Notes: generated by a model not told the origin, from the sequence alone. DNA of 63,836 bases, filler included, from Reclinomonas americana ATCC 50394 (GCA_048213135.1; 8 parts of 5 records of this genome joined end to end with filler, not necessarily neighbours in it), one strand, 5' to 3'; positions 49,074-62,633 are shown, numbered from the whole stretch's first letter. A program made the numbers and translations.

Positions 49074-51989
49074 CTAAAGTATGAACGTCTCCTTGTGGAA
49101 GTCGACGCGGCAATGGCTGGAAGAGTGCGTCCAACACCGTCTCTGCACATCGGTCACCAACGACGGTGGTCCACACGCCATCACTCCGACACCTGCAATG
49201 CGGGAGTTCAGCAACTGGTCACCGCCAGAAAGAGAAGGGGAAAGTAGAGGCGCAACGCTTGCTGTGGCAGTTGATTGCAGTGTCTGTGATCGTGTCACAT
49301 GTGAGCACACAAGTCTCCCACAATGAAATCGTTTGCAAAAGGTCGCTCACCGATGACTTCCAGGAAAATCGCGCGCAGATCGGGCCTGCCATCGTGCACC
49401 TCGCATGGGCAGTCGTTCCTCGCCGCGGCCACAATGTCAGCTGCGCCAACGATGAGCAATCACTCGGAGGGCACGGGTACGGGAGTGGAGGAACGCAACG
49501 ATCGCCAAACACGGACGTGAGATAAATGTCGACGGTGAACGTCAGATTGCGTCGCCGAGCCTCCTCTAGTGTACTGCGGAACCAATCGAGGCACTGGGGA
49601 GCAGCAGCAGCAGCAGTCAACACATGGTGGCGTCGCGCATGCACACGAGTGTCGAGTACGCACATTGTAGTCGCGTGCGACCCAGATCAAGCGAACACGG
49701 TGCGCCGTCGCAAACTCTTGCTGCGTGCCACCATACGACTTGGCCCAGTTGATCTGTGCTCCCGCCCACAAATGAGAACGTGAAAACATGGCGACAGCCA
49801 ACAAGTATGTGCGCTCAAACACCATGAATGAGAACGCCGACATGATGTGCGTAATGCCGATGCCACCGGCGACGAGCAGCAGATCCGAGTACTCCGACAC
49901 GGGGATCTGCGGCCGACCGTACGGACCGTCGACCAGGATGCGGACGTTCTGCGCGCAGTTTCACTTGTCAGTGGATATAGGAGGACTGAAGAGTGCACAC
50001 AGCGGAACCTGTGGGACGCGTCGTGTTGGGCTGATGAGACCCTCGGTTGCCTCGGTGGTGTCTTCTTCTGGGAGGCCGCCACCCTCTCGCTGTGCGCGCA
50101 CACACACACTCTTCTACATGAGAGATGGCGTTGCAGGCTGAAGAAAGCAACCCTCTCCCCCCACACACACCGCTGCCAGTCGCGCCAACTTGTGCGTCCA
50201 CGTTCGATCGCCCATGTTACGCACGAGGAACTTGAGCACGGTGACAGAGCCGTCGCGCAGTGGGCCATTGGCGTTGCTGAATGGGTGGATTTGAACCCTG
50301 CACGCCAGGATCGGTGAGCCAAAGCTGCTCCGGTACACGCGCGCGCGCACGTACACGCGGACGACATACCACGACAGCTCGGGCACACTCAAAAAGTAAA
50401 ACTGTCCCGGGCGCAGGCCGCGGAACGGAGTGCCGTCGCGTTTCCACACTTCCAGTTGCGTCACATCGCCACCCAGGAGGCGCAGTTGCACAGCGTAACG
50501 GCGCGAGCGCACCATGTTGACGATACGCAGGGCCAGATCAATCAACAGAAGAATGGCACCCTGCAACCGGGCGCGGGGTCACACAACACGCACGCAAGCA
50601 CGCACACATCGGGTGCGAGGGGAAAATGCGGACGCTCACCGGCAGCAGGAACAGCAGCACGCCTTTTACGTGCAACGCTGCAAACACCTGCAAAGTGTCG
50701 GTGTCAGTGATCGTTGGAGGCGACTCGATGTGTTCTCCTTAGAGATATTACCGCCAGCACAATCGCCAGGAACGGATGTGGCAGTTGGAAGACTTCCCAC
50801 AGACGCCGTCTGAAGAACGGCAGCGCCAACAGCGCCATGAGGACGGCCACGACCCATGCACAGAAGCCAGCCATGGGCGGGTGATGTCCCTCTGCATGCA
50901 TCTCATCAGCAAGGCGATCGACACGGCCAGCGACACAAAGACAAACAAACCCCACTCGAAAAGCAGGCCAACGCCCTGCGACGGCGCCAAAATCACGTCA
51001 GCACGTGTGGTAAGACAACACAAGAAAATACAGCACGCAGAGGCAACGCACATCGACTGCCGCATAACCGAGACCGTGCAGACCGGCCACAATGATGAAC
51101 GAGCGAGCGATCCTGCACACCCGACGCGCATCAGCAACGGCAATACATGCCACACACAAGAAAAAGCAATCGTACCATCGATGAAACTTGATGGCGCGCT
51201 CAAACGAGATGCCAAACAGCGGCAGCAGCAGCGAGTTGCGAGTCACGGGAATCAGCAGGAATCCACTGCACGAGAGAGAGACCATCTTCAACGCTCGCAG
51301 CACCACAAGAGAAAGAGAGAGAGAGAGGAATGGAGCGCAACAGCTGATACTCATTGACCTTGCCGAGGCCAAAGAACGCCGCCTCTGCAGTGAACACATC
51401 CGACTCCTGCGACGCATAAAAGAGTCACCATCTCTCGTCGCCCGCCAAGAAAACGAGAAGAATCAATGAACGCACTCCGCTCATCTCGTGCTTCCACATC
51501 AACACCATGCTGACGACGTACAGCAGCAGCATGATCAGCTCGCCCACAGACAAGTCAAACAAAAACTGCACGCCAGTCAACCGAAGCCACGACTTTTGCT
51601 CGGGAATCCGCCCGACTTTCTGCACTCCACCTATCGTATAAGAAACACGTACACACACAGAGAGAGAGAGAGAGAAAGAGAGAGAGACTGACCCTGTGCA
51701 GTGTCAACGAGGCAAACCAATTCCACGGTCGCAAGAACTGCACTGCAATGCCTGCAGAGATCACTGCAAGCGCAGACACTGCGAGAAAGATCGCGGCAAG
51801 AGGCCCATCGCCTTTGCCTCCACCTTCATCATCATCATCATCTTCGCCATCCTGTGTGAGTGAGAGTGGGAGTGAGTTGCGCGCGAATCTCTGTTGTGAG
51901 AGAAAGAGAGAGAGACGCACATGCGCGTGCACAGTAACACAGAGGATGAGCAGCAGCAGCAGCAGCAGCACACAGGCAGCACGCCGCAT
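49074..51989 (-). CDS. Ferric-chelate reductase / NADPH-oxidase family flavocytochrome (FRO/FRE-like)
   Basis: Signal peptide; LLIPVTRNS, GISFERAIKFHRW, FFRRRLWEVF..H, PGQFYFL, HPFS, VDGPYG, LLVAGGIGIT, VMACGPPSL, FHKETF. Confidence 0.9.
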
Positions 51990-52046
51990 GAGCGCGTGCT
52001 CGATCAAAGTGCACACAACAACACAAACGGGGGTGTTCGAGCATCA

Positions 52047-52117
52047 GTCACCCTTGAATTTTTCGCACGGGAACCCTTAAGTTTTCTTGGGCCTCTTCAT
52101 GTCACCCTTAAGTTTTT
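52047..52117. promoter_or_regulatory. Three imperfect copies of GTCACCCTTAAGTTTT upstream of the ferric reductase
   Basis: GTCACCCTTGAATTTTT at 52047, GAACCCTTAAGTTTT at 52071, GTCACCCTTAAGTTTTT at 52101. Confidence 0.5.
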
Positions 52118-52823
52118 GACATCGTTGCACGCATGGATCCCGGGCAGCTGCAGCCTCACCGCGGTTCCGTCGGGTGCCGTCTTGTGTCCAAGGGTGTGGA
52201 GGAATGCATCGTCAACCGTACCTGCAACCCCACTGGCCGCGCGCAGCGCGCGCTCCGTTTTGCTGAGCTATCGACAACGACACTGTTCAACACTCACGTG
52301 CTAGAGCAACTGGCCTTGCCCGACTGTGGAAATCGCGCAAGTCTCACTGTTCTCATCGCAGACGAGGATGGAGTGTGCACCTTCTCTCCTGCGGAAATGT
52401 TGCGTTTGCGCCAGACTTGTTCAGTAACCACTGCAACTGCACACACACACACATGCAATCAAGCACACAAGCACATGCACAGCTGGCACAGTGTTAATTC
52501 TCCGCACATTTTGCGCAGCGGCTCACTGCATTCCTCGTCCCCAGCCTCCCATGCAGGGCGGAGCATGCAGGCCAACCGTATGACTATGACCTTGTACCGT
52601 GGCGACCTACCTGGCAAAGTGACCTCCTACAGCAGGCACAGAGATCGGTGCTGTACCTTATCGGTGAGTGGTGGTTCATTTGCGTCTGTCGCACTCAAAT
52701 CACGTGCACAACAGTGGTCTGCACTGCTGCTCCACGCGAGCGCAGTGTCAACACCGTACTGTCTTATCGTGGTGGAGCTGGTGGTGGGTTCCATTGGCAA
52801 GCGCGTTCGCGAAGGAGACGGCG

Positions 52824-54063
52824 ATGAAGATGGGCAGCGGGAGAAACGCAAATTCGTCGCAGTCGAACTCCTCGGGGTCCGCCTCTGGCTCTGGTTCCTC
52901 TTCGTCCTCCAGGGTCGATGCGGCTGCCGCAGCTATCGCAGAGAGACAATCAAATTCCGAAATCGCAGCAGCAACGAGCACGCTGTCGTCGATCTCGGAT
53001 TTCAGCAACTCTCCGCAGGTCCGATCGACGCGAAGTATGCACCGTCTGCATCCAAAGGCACCATCTGGTGGTTTGTCATCGGCAAGACAGTGGCACCTTT
53101 CAACCAACTATCTCAGCGGACCGCAGTCGTCGGGTGCGCCCGCTGCGCCCGTTGCACATCCCGGTTGGCTGCCAATCGGGACATACGGACTACCGCGGTG
53201 CTCGCCGCAGCACCGGCCGCACAAGCATCTGCGTCGGGATCGACGCCTCAGCCCTTGCTGGCAACGCAGCTGCAGCGCCCTTCGGCGGCGGTCGCAGCTT
53301 CTCTGCCAAATGCATGGACTTTCACGGTCGGCCGGTCGCAACGCCCTGTGCTCATTCCTGCAGGTGGAAGGGGTGCAGCGCTTCGGAATGTCGTGAGTAG
53401 CCAGACAGTTCTGGTTCCCGTCCACCGCTCTAGCCCTGTCGGCTCCCACGGCAAGCAGCCGTCACCGTTGTCGGCATTGGTTCGCAGTATCGATGTCGAT
53501 CGGTCGAGTCCACATGTGCACAGCTAGCTGCGGCAGTGCCACCGCTGCAACTGCAGCCGGCGCCTGCGCCTCCACTTTGGCCACCGTCCGTGCCACGGCC
53601 ACCACCGCCATCGCCGCCACCACCGCCACCACCATCACCGCCGCCATCACCGCCGCCACCACCACCAGCACCGCCACTGGATGCCACTCGCTGTGCCGGT
53701 GCAGATGCAGCTGCACCCGAGTCGCCGGAACCTCGTCTGCCCATCGGCCTGCCACGTGCACCACCGCCTCCGCCGCTGCTGCTACAAGTCACACCCGGTG
53801 GCTCGGGGGCAGCTGGGAGTGCGCATGCAGGGGCGCGTGCTGCTACTGCGAGTCTGACGCATCTCCCTCCGACGTCGATACCGGCATACGGTGTTGTAGG
53901 CGTCGACCCGCGGCCGGCGGCGGTGTACCACAGCGAGGACAGCTGCGGCGGCGAAGAGCCAGACTTGTCAATGGAGAATTTCACCTGCGGATCCGCGAAG
54001 CGAAATTTTTTACATCAGCAAGAGCAGATATTTGAGCAGATGATGCTTGTCGATGAGGAGTAA
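52824..54063 (+). other. Unresolved Ser/Pro-rich coding-like region with frame changes (possible pseudogene or repeat remnant)
   Basis: Three successive low-complexity ORF pieces in different frames; I could not find convincing introns joining them. Confidence 0.25.
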
Positions 54064-54564
54064 ATTGGCCTCGTGGCTGTTGAACTGTGCAGTTGAATTG
54101 ATACAAAACCGTACCGGATACGAATAGAAAAGAATGAATAATCAGATCGATCGGTCGACTGGAATGCTTGTGAATTTGAGTCTTCTGTAGATTGGCTCCT
54201 GGTTACAAACCATCACAGCCAACCATCAGAAACGCTATGAGTGACTGCTGTGAGTTAAATGCAAGGCATGGGCATTCTCGCCGGGAAGATTTCATCGAAA
54301 TACAAGCTTGAAACGGACCGTTTCCGCCAGAACTTGGCGAATTTGGCCGCCGAAACGGCCTGGCTGGCTGGTGTGGATTTGTTAGTTACCCCTAGACTAT
54401 TTTGCCGAAGGCACCGCTAACTTTGCTGAACCCGGGCTCCAATGGGCCTCAGTTACCCCTTAACAAAATGTGAACCAGGGACACGCTCGAACACCCCCAC
54501 AAACTGTGACAAATGCGACAGTGAGTCACCGCACTGTCACCCACTGACTCTCTCTCACTCACAC

Positions 54565-54841
54565 ATGGGCAACGCATGCTCATGCGGCTCACGCGGACCC
54601 TCCGGTGGCGCCTTATACACAGCGCACACTGCCATGATGTCCGCGCCTGTGCTCACCAGCACAGCTGCGGATGCGGAGGACATTGAAGATGAAGAGGATG
54701 AGGAGAATGACACAGAGACTGCGGATGAATCGTCGCGCTCAGTGGCAGTGGACAGCTCGGCGACGCGAGCAGCTCCGACGAGGCGGCGGCAGCGGCGGAC
54801 GTTGCATCGTCATGTGGCGGTTGAGTCTTTCCTCAAGTGTG
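54565..54841 (+). CDS. N-terminal fragment with a predicted myristoylation/palmitoylation start
   Basis: MGNACSCGS..., acidic tract, open into the gap. Confidence 0.55.
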
Positions 54842-54980
54842 NNNNNNNNNNNNNNNNNNNNNNNNNNNNNNNNNNNNNNNNNNNNTTAATTAATTAANNN
54901 NNNNNNNNNNNNNNNNNNNNNNNNNNNNNNNNNNNNNNNNNATGTGCGAGAGTGCATGGATGGGCGAGACGTGCTCACTC

Positions 54981-57900
54981 TTCCGTCTGACTCGCTACAG
55001 AGGAGCCTACGTGTCCTTCGTTGTCGGCGTCGGCGGCGTCGGCGGAGGATGTGGTGCGGGCCGAGTGGCTGCTCGGTCGCAGTATCCTGCAATGCTTGCT
55101 TGCTGCGCATCAGCACCAGCTGCGGTCGATCGCGTTCCCGCTGCTGGGCACGACATTCCCCGTGTCTCGGGCGGCTGTTTCGTCGCTTTGTTTCTCGCAC
55201 ACACTGGACGATTTTCCGCCTGCGGCTCACTTTCTGCACGTGCGCAGGCCGTCTTCTTTGAGACTGTACTACGTTTCCTCAGCGATCACAGCTTCACTCC
55301 CGTGGCGTGCATACGCCTGGTTGACACGCGTCGCGACGTTGTGCATGTCATGTGCCAACAGGTTTGTGTGGAAAAGTGTGTCTTGTGAAATCTCGAATGC
55401 GCTTCTCACCCGTGCACATGCGAGATGCAGTTTGACCGCCGTGTTGGCTCGTCATTTGACGCTCGCTCCTCAGGCCTCTCCTCCACCGGTGCCTCGTCGA
55501 CCATTTCACTCTCCTCAGTGCCCGTATTTGATTCGTCGACCGGTGGCCTGCTGGCTCACTCAAGTGGCGGCAGCGGCAGCGCCAGCAGTAGTGTTGGTGG
55601 TGGCCTCGGTGGCAGCGCTAGTGGCAGCGGTGGGGGTACAGCAAGTGGAAACGGCGGCTCATCGCATCGTCGTCTGCGCGGTGCGGCACCGGTGAATCCC
55701 GACATGGCGCTCTCGCTGAGTGGTCGTGTGGGCCAGCAGCGTGCAGAGGTGGAGAAGCTGGCGCGCACTTGTCGTGTGCTCAGTCGATGGCAGCGAGCCG
55801 GCTCCGTCTCCGAGGCGCACCAGTCGGTGGTGGACGCGCAGTTCGATGTGGAAGACAAGGAATCCATGCTGTTGTCGGCGGTCGCCGCGCTTCGTCGTGA
55901 ACTACTGCAGCAGCCACCGCACGAGGAGGGTCTCACGCCGGCGCTGTCGGAGCTCGGGAAGCAGCGAACGTTGGCGGCGATGGCTCTCGAGCAATCGCTG
56001 CAGGGATTGTTGGATGCGCTGGAGTCGGAGCGCCGCGATACGACGGGCGAGCTCGACGCATTGCAGCGTGTGTGGTCCGACATTGTGTCGCGCCACTCCA
56101 CGCCCATTCTCTTCAACGGCGACATTTCGGACTCGTCAGACACAAGTGTGGCCTCCAGTCCCACTCACGCTCTCTCCGATGTCGGTGAGTGAGGTCGCCA
56201 CACTCACTGGTTTTCTTTATCATTCGGCACCACTCACACCACTCATGAATGCAGAGACACGACGGGTGACTCGTGATGGCATTCGGTGGATGCATGCTCA
56301 TGCTGACGCGATTCGACTCGCCGCCGAACGCACACAGCGCGTATGTGCCGAGGGTGGCGAGCTGTCGGAGTGGTTGGAGGCGCTGCAGGACGAAGATGGT
56401 GTGTTGTCGCATGCGCTGACGGCGGGAGTGGCACTGTGGTCCGAGCATGGTGCGCGGTTACGCGGAGCCGTGCAATGTGGCATCGATGAGGTGCGTTTGC
56501 TTGTGGTGGAGTGACTACACCGATTGACGACTGCGTGTGGCTGACTTGGGTTTCTCTCAACAGATGCATCGGCGCCTTGATCGCATTGTCACCGCGGAGC
56601 GAGTGGCCAAGGAGAAGAGATTACAGGCGAGCAAGCATGCGGCGCGACAGCATCGCATTCGACTGGAGGGCGCACTGCACGAATTGAAGCGCCTGGAGTC
56701 CAAGGCCGCACCGGTTCGCTTACTCACAGTATGAGAGAGGTGGTGTGGGAAACTCATGAAGCTGGCTGGTATGCAGGTGGCCTCGGTGGTGTGTGCCGAT
56801 GGAGAGCCGCTGACTCCGCTGTTGGATGTGGTCGCCGGTGACGACGACGAGCACTTCCCCGATGCGCGACTGCTTCGACTCGACGCTGTCAAGGTGAAGT
56901 GATGCACTCATGCATGCACGCACGGAGGTGATTGCTGAAACCACACGCGCACCGTGCAGCAACTGGGCTACATGGTGAAGCTGGTGGCCGCAATGCGCAC
57001 TATGGATGAAATGTTCCCGTACGTATACGCCGTGCGTTATCCTGACATTGCAGTTGGCGAGGTGCGACGCGGTGTGATGTCGAATGCGTGCGTGCGTGCA
57101 TGAGTCGCACTCACACAGCACGTGGTGTCGTAGGTACAATTGAGTCCGCCAGTGACCATGTTCTACGAGGCACTGGTGGCGGAGAGCCGTTCTACCAACG
57201 GCGATGTCTCACATCTGGTGGACGAGTTCACTGTGTACATTGCGGCGTCGCGGCTCGGTGCCGGCATCAAAGTGGAGGTCGACGACTTCTGGGAGGAACT
57301 GCGCGCAGCCGTGTTGTACAATACGAATCGCGATTGGCTGCATAGGGCGCCAAGCACCGCCGTGTCGGTACGCGTCACATGTCGCCGACAAGCTGTGTGT
57401 CGGCAGCGTATCTTACTTGAATTATGTGCAGGGAACTGTGTTGTGGGATTCACTCACCCAGTGGTTGTCGCTTGGACACCCGATCCGCATCCTGTCTCCA
57501 TCGTTCCACGCCGTCGATAGCAAGTTCCTCGACATGCTGCTGACTGCACGCACACAATCGTCGTCGTCTGCCGTCACCTCCACCGGCAAACTTCTTGCGG
57601 TCTCTGTTCTCGGAACCAGCGGCAGTGGCAAGTTGAGTGTTTGGCCGTCCATTAGTTTTCCCAGCCCGACTCACTCAGCGTGCAACATGCAGGTCGACTC
57701 TTCTCAGGGAGCTCTTCCGCTGCGATTTCGAGGTGTCAGACGTGTCACGCAAGCGCGGCGTCATGCTGACACACAAGCCCGTCACTGAGGTTGCTCGCGT
57801 GCGTGATGTGGTTGTGATGGACACGGATGGCCTCGAGTCGACTACCGACCAGGAACGGTTCGTTCTCTCTGTCCTTTTTTGTTGCATGGCAGATCCACTT

Positions 57901-60434
57901 ATACTGTGTTTGTATTCGACGAACAGGTGGAACATGCAACGACTGGCGGTCATGATGCTGGCCGTGTCCAACGTGGTGTTGCTGAATGTGAGCAGTGCGC
58001 GTCTGGAGGAAGATGCTGAGACACTGTGCGAAGCCTGTATGGTGGCACTCAAGCAGGTGAGTGGGACGAAAAGAGAGAGGGAGAGGGAGAGAGAAAGTCT
58101 CGTTTGCTGACGCAGTGCGTGCAGAGTGTCGTGCGCATTGTTCCACCACGCTTCTTCTTCGTGGTCCGTGATGCCAGTGAACTCGCCGACTGGACTGCCA
58201 GTATCCAGCAGACGCTGAGAAGAGCGGCTGAGCGGCATCACATCGATCTGGAAGATCTGCCATTCCTCACCAGTGACGATAGTGTGGTCCACTTGCCGTC
58301 GGTGCGTGGCCATGATGCTTCTTTGTTGTTACTCACTGTGAATGATTTCACTCATGCTGGTCTCTTGTCGCGGGCACACAGCTGCTGGATTTGGACTCGA
58401 CCGCTTGCAGTCTGCTCGAGGATTTGCGGACGACCATCTTTTCGTATGCGAGCTACACTGGTGAGTTCGCACGCTCGTGAACAACCAATCCCCACTGATC
58501 GCGTGCTCATATCTATGTGCACAGCATGGACTGGTCTCTATCGCGATACACTCGTCTGGTGATTCCGATCTCTTTCTGCCCGAATCACTACAACAACAAC
58601 TCACTTTGTGCTTTCTTTCCTACAGGTCCGATCAACGAGACCGCACGTGGTCGCCGGTGCTCGCCGCTCTGGGCCGACCACTGCGCGACGAAGAAGCGCA
58701 TGATTCGCCGTCGCCCGACGCTTCCTCTGGAAGCGAGTTGGCGAGACTGCGTGAACGAGCCGGTGTGATTCAAGAAATGTTGGATAAGCAGTCGTCGCTC
58801 GTGTCGGCACTCTCCAACGTGCGCTCGCTTGCTCGCTCCTCGCCGTGTGTTCTACGAGTCGACGCACTCACTGTTTCCTCATCTGTGCTGTGCAGTTTAT
58901 CGAGACGCACGAGGCTCGCTTGTATGCCATTCGAGACGGCATCGTGGAGACGAGTCGCTTGCGGGAGGCATTCGACACGCTGCGAGTTTCGTGTGCCACC
59001 ATCGTCGACGCTGTTTGTTTTCGTCGCTGATGTAGTGTCGCAGAGCCTCTTGCCGAGCCACCGCGAGCTGCAGCATGCTCTTGCGCTGTGCGAAGTCAGC
59101 TTGACTGACGACAGCGCGCTGCCGAGCGACGATCGCAATGTGCTGAACGTACACCGCAGCTTGCCGCTGGGCCAGCTCATTCTCACCGCCATGAGTGCCA
59201 ACAATGTGTTTGAGTTGCGTACACAACGAGCGCCTCTGGTGTTGCTGTCACCTCACTCACGGTACACGCTGTACAGGGCCACCGAAGCTTATGCGGCGTG
59301 CGGCCTCGACACTGTCCGCGGTACGTTCCGTCAATACGAGGAGACTTCGACGGCGTTCGCTTCCGCCCTGACCGTGCGAGGTGCCCGGCTGACGCCAAGT
59401 GAGTTTCTTCATTGCATACTGCGCGCTGTGCTCGGACTCATCACAGTTGACGCTGCCGCAGTCCTCCTGCTACCGATTCAGCGCATGCAACAGGTGAGAC
59501 TGGCGATCAAATGCCATGTTGCCCGTTTGTTTCGTGTCCTGACGTGTGCGGCCGCAGTACCATTTGTTGCTGGAGCGTGCTATCCGACACACGCCGTCTC
59601 TGTTCCGCACGTACATGCCGATCCGCTCGCCAGACGGCACGTACGGACTCAGTGACAGAATGGATGAAGTGCCGGAGATTGAGCGTGAGAGGCAAGCCTA
59701 TCACTTTGTGCTGCAAAGCGTGAAGGAATTGGAGCTGCGCATGGTTGCGCCAGAGCTGCAAGCATCGCTGGCCTTGCCACCGTCGCGCGGTGATTCTCGT
59801 CAGCTTGTGCGTCACTCTCCGCTAAAGTTGTCGACACCGGCACGACTCTTCCGACACGGCGACACGACGCCTGTGGAGCTGGCTCTCTTTTCCGATTGTT
59901 GCGTGCTCGGCAAGTCCGCCGGCGATTCGTGCATGCTGCTCACGGTGTGGAACGCAGATTTCGTGTTCCGGCGCCCTGTCAGTGCTCGGAAACGGCAGGG
60001 TCGAGAGACAGCCACAGTGTGGCCACTGTCGCAAGTCGTATCGTGTGCAGAAGCCGGTGAACCGCCAGCTGGTGAGTTCCGCGCTGCATGCGCGATGTTG
60101 CTGTGCGTGCTCATTTGGTGATGTGCATGTAGGCCTGAAAGATGCCCGGCTCGGCGGCTTCTGGTTTGCCGTGCAATGCGGCGTGCCAAAGAGCAAGACG
60201 TGCTTGTTTTGGTGCCACGATGAGCGAGAGGTAACTTACTCAAGTGCCTCCTCTTTCTCTCTCTCTCTGTCTCTTCCTCGAGCCTTACGTTGTGTTTCCA
60301 CCCCTCTGCGGCAGGCCAAAGAGTGGGTAAACGACGTCAATCGGTTATTGCGTGCGCAGCGCCGCTTGTCTGACACATCCCTGAACGGCTTCTCCATCTC
60401 ACCCGATCAACGACGAGAGAGAAACAGCGGGCCA
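54981..60434 (+). CDS. Large fusion protein: Macro domain - coiled coil - VLIG/RHD3-type P-loop GTPase - DH (RhoGEF) - PH; both ends in gaps
   Basis: Macro SILQCLLAAHQHQLRSIAFPLLGT; GTPase VSVLGTSGSGK|STLLRELF, VVMDTDG, LAVSNVVLLNV, FFVVRD; DH LLLPIQRMQQ|YHLLLERAIRHTP; PH LALFSDCCVLGK, AKEWVNDV; frame continuous through hand-spliced junctions. Confidence 0.7.
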
Positions 60435-60534
60435 NNNNNNNNNNNNNNNNNNNNNNNNNNNNNNNNNNNNNNNNNNNNTTAATTAATTAANNNNNNNNNN
60501 NNNNNNNNNNNNNNNNNNNNNNNNNNNNNNNNNN

Positions 60535-62531
60535 GGAGCGCCTGCCGGCGGATCCCACCAGACCAGGCAGTCACTCGGGTGGTCACGGTACGCACCATGT
60601 AGCCATGCACACTCTATTTCATAATCATCTCACTGTCTCCTCGCGTTCCAGAGCGTCTGTTCGAGTTCCCTCCGATTCAGCTTCGCAAGTCGTTGCGTCT
60701 CCCGCTCTCGTTCCGTTGGCAGCGGCCGTCGTCTGACTCCTTATCGTTGCACAGCACACCAATGGCGCACCCGATGATGGCCCACGATTCATTGGGGTCG
60801 CTGACCTCGCCGGATCTGGAGGGGGCGGAGCAGGAGGCGCGTGAGTTTGTCAACAAGTTGAATGTGAATCTGCCGGCGGTGAACAGCCGCGGACCAAAAT
60901 CGAGGAGTGTCGGACCGACGCCGCCAGCCAGCAGCCGCGGTGGACCGCCAGTGTCTGCTGGTCGAGTGGTGGGTGGAGGCGGCGCGGGGCAATCGGCCGC
61001 CGCCGCCGCCGCCGCTGGTGCCGCAGGGCGTCCATCTATCGCCAATGTCCGCGCTGGGGCTCGCGGCGCGGTGTCGATTCCACAGCCTCCGGCGGTGGCG
61101 CAACGGCGGCAATCCACTGTCGCTGATGACTCTCCGCCGCTGGTGCTCTCAGATGCTGGCGACTCGGATACCATGGTGAGTGTGCTCGCAACGCCGATTT
61201 CGCTTGCGTGCTTTCTCTTCTCACTCGAGCTTGACAGCCGGACAACGAGACGCCGTCGAGTGTGGCCATGGCTGGTGCAGGTCGGAAGCCGCACCACATT
61301 CCGCAAAAGAGGCGGTTGACCCGCCCCTCGGGCCCCACCATTGTCATCAACAACGGATCTCCACCGAGCAAGTTGCGTCGCCCGCATCGATGCTCTTCGC
61401 ACACAAGGATTTTTCGTTCTCACTCTTTTTTTCCGCTTCACAGAGCAAGTCCATCGCTCGCCACACCATCATTTATGGCCAACGAGCCGCCGGCGGCCGC
61501 GGCAGGAGCCGGTGCAGCGGCCGGGAGGAACCGTATTGTGGCCAATGCGCCGACGGTGGCGCCTCACCGCAAGCCGACTCGCGTGGTCGGCTATGCTGCC
61601 ATTCATCCAACGCAGATGGTGTTCCCAGGCGACGCGGTCGACTCGGAAGACGAGGCTGACGCGGCCGCCGTGATTCCTCTCAGTGGGGTATGTTTTCTCC
61701 ACCATGGTTCTCTTTCTCAACCATTCACTCATCGCACTTGCCTCAGCCGGCCAAACCCGTCCAACCAGTGGGACGTCAGGCTGGTCGAGGGGCCGCCGCT
61801 CCGCGTGGTCGTGTCCGTGCCGGTGTTCGACTGATGGCCAAGGCGGGAGTGCCGGATGGTGTTGGCAAGATCGAGGTGTGTTCAGTTCGGCATGCCGGGT
61901 GGACACACAGTGAGTAGCATGGCTTCTCATTGCGTATGTGTGTGTGTGCAGAGTCCCGACGACAGCACCGGCTCCGACAGCGATGTTGGCGAGCAAGATG
62001 TGCCCGTGGTGGAACCCACAGGCCATGCTGCTGCCGCCCGAGTGTCTGCGGCCTTGCGCAACGGGGTGAGTCGATTGTCGCCCGCCCTCCCACTCCTCCC
62101 TATCTCACTCATTATTTGTGCTGCCCTCCCTCCGCTGCAGCGCGCACCACGGCGGATGAATGCGAATCCACAGACCAAGAGCTCCAGTCCAGTGGTGCAG
62201 CGCGTGGAGAACGGCTCGGGTGGCTCGGGTGCCAGTGGCGCAGCCACTGGCAGCAGCGGCGACAGCGGCAACGGTCGCGGTGGTGCAGCCTCTCTGTCAC
62301 CCGTGCGTAAAGCGGGTGGCGGGCGCAACCGCCTGGCCGACGCCAACCGCAAGCTCGTCTCCATTTACGGTGGCGATCCACTCGGTCCGAAGTCCAAGCG
62401 CGGACGCGCTGCGGCCATGGCCCGCGCCGCCATAGCCGCCCGCTCTGCCGCGCAGGACGTCTCCGCCGATCTGGAGGACGCCAGCGAACCCGGTCCATCC
62501 GACATTAGCGCTGCGCAATCAGAAGTCGACT
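60535..62531 (+). CDS. Disordered Ala/Gly/Ser/Pro-rich multi-exon fragment, possibly the tail of the upstream DH-PH gene
   Basis: GC-rich exons with GT-AG introns; no recognisable domain. Confidence 0.45.
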
Positions 62532-62550
62532 GTTGCGTTTCTTGATTGAG

Positions 62551-62552
<2 letters not shown>

Positions 62553-62630
<78 letters not shown>
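62553..62630. repeat. (GA)n microsatellite
   Basis: Uninterrupted GA run of about 75 nt at a contig end. Confidence 0.95.

Positions 62631-62633
<3 letters not shown>

Noticed and set aside
111..51989. Alternative genetic code or stop read-through to explain broken ORFs
   Set aside because: The breaks I examined resolve as introns; TAA, TAG and TGA each terminate conserved genes
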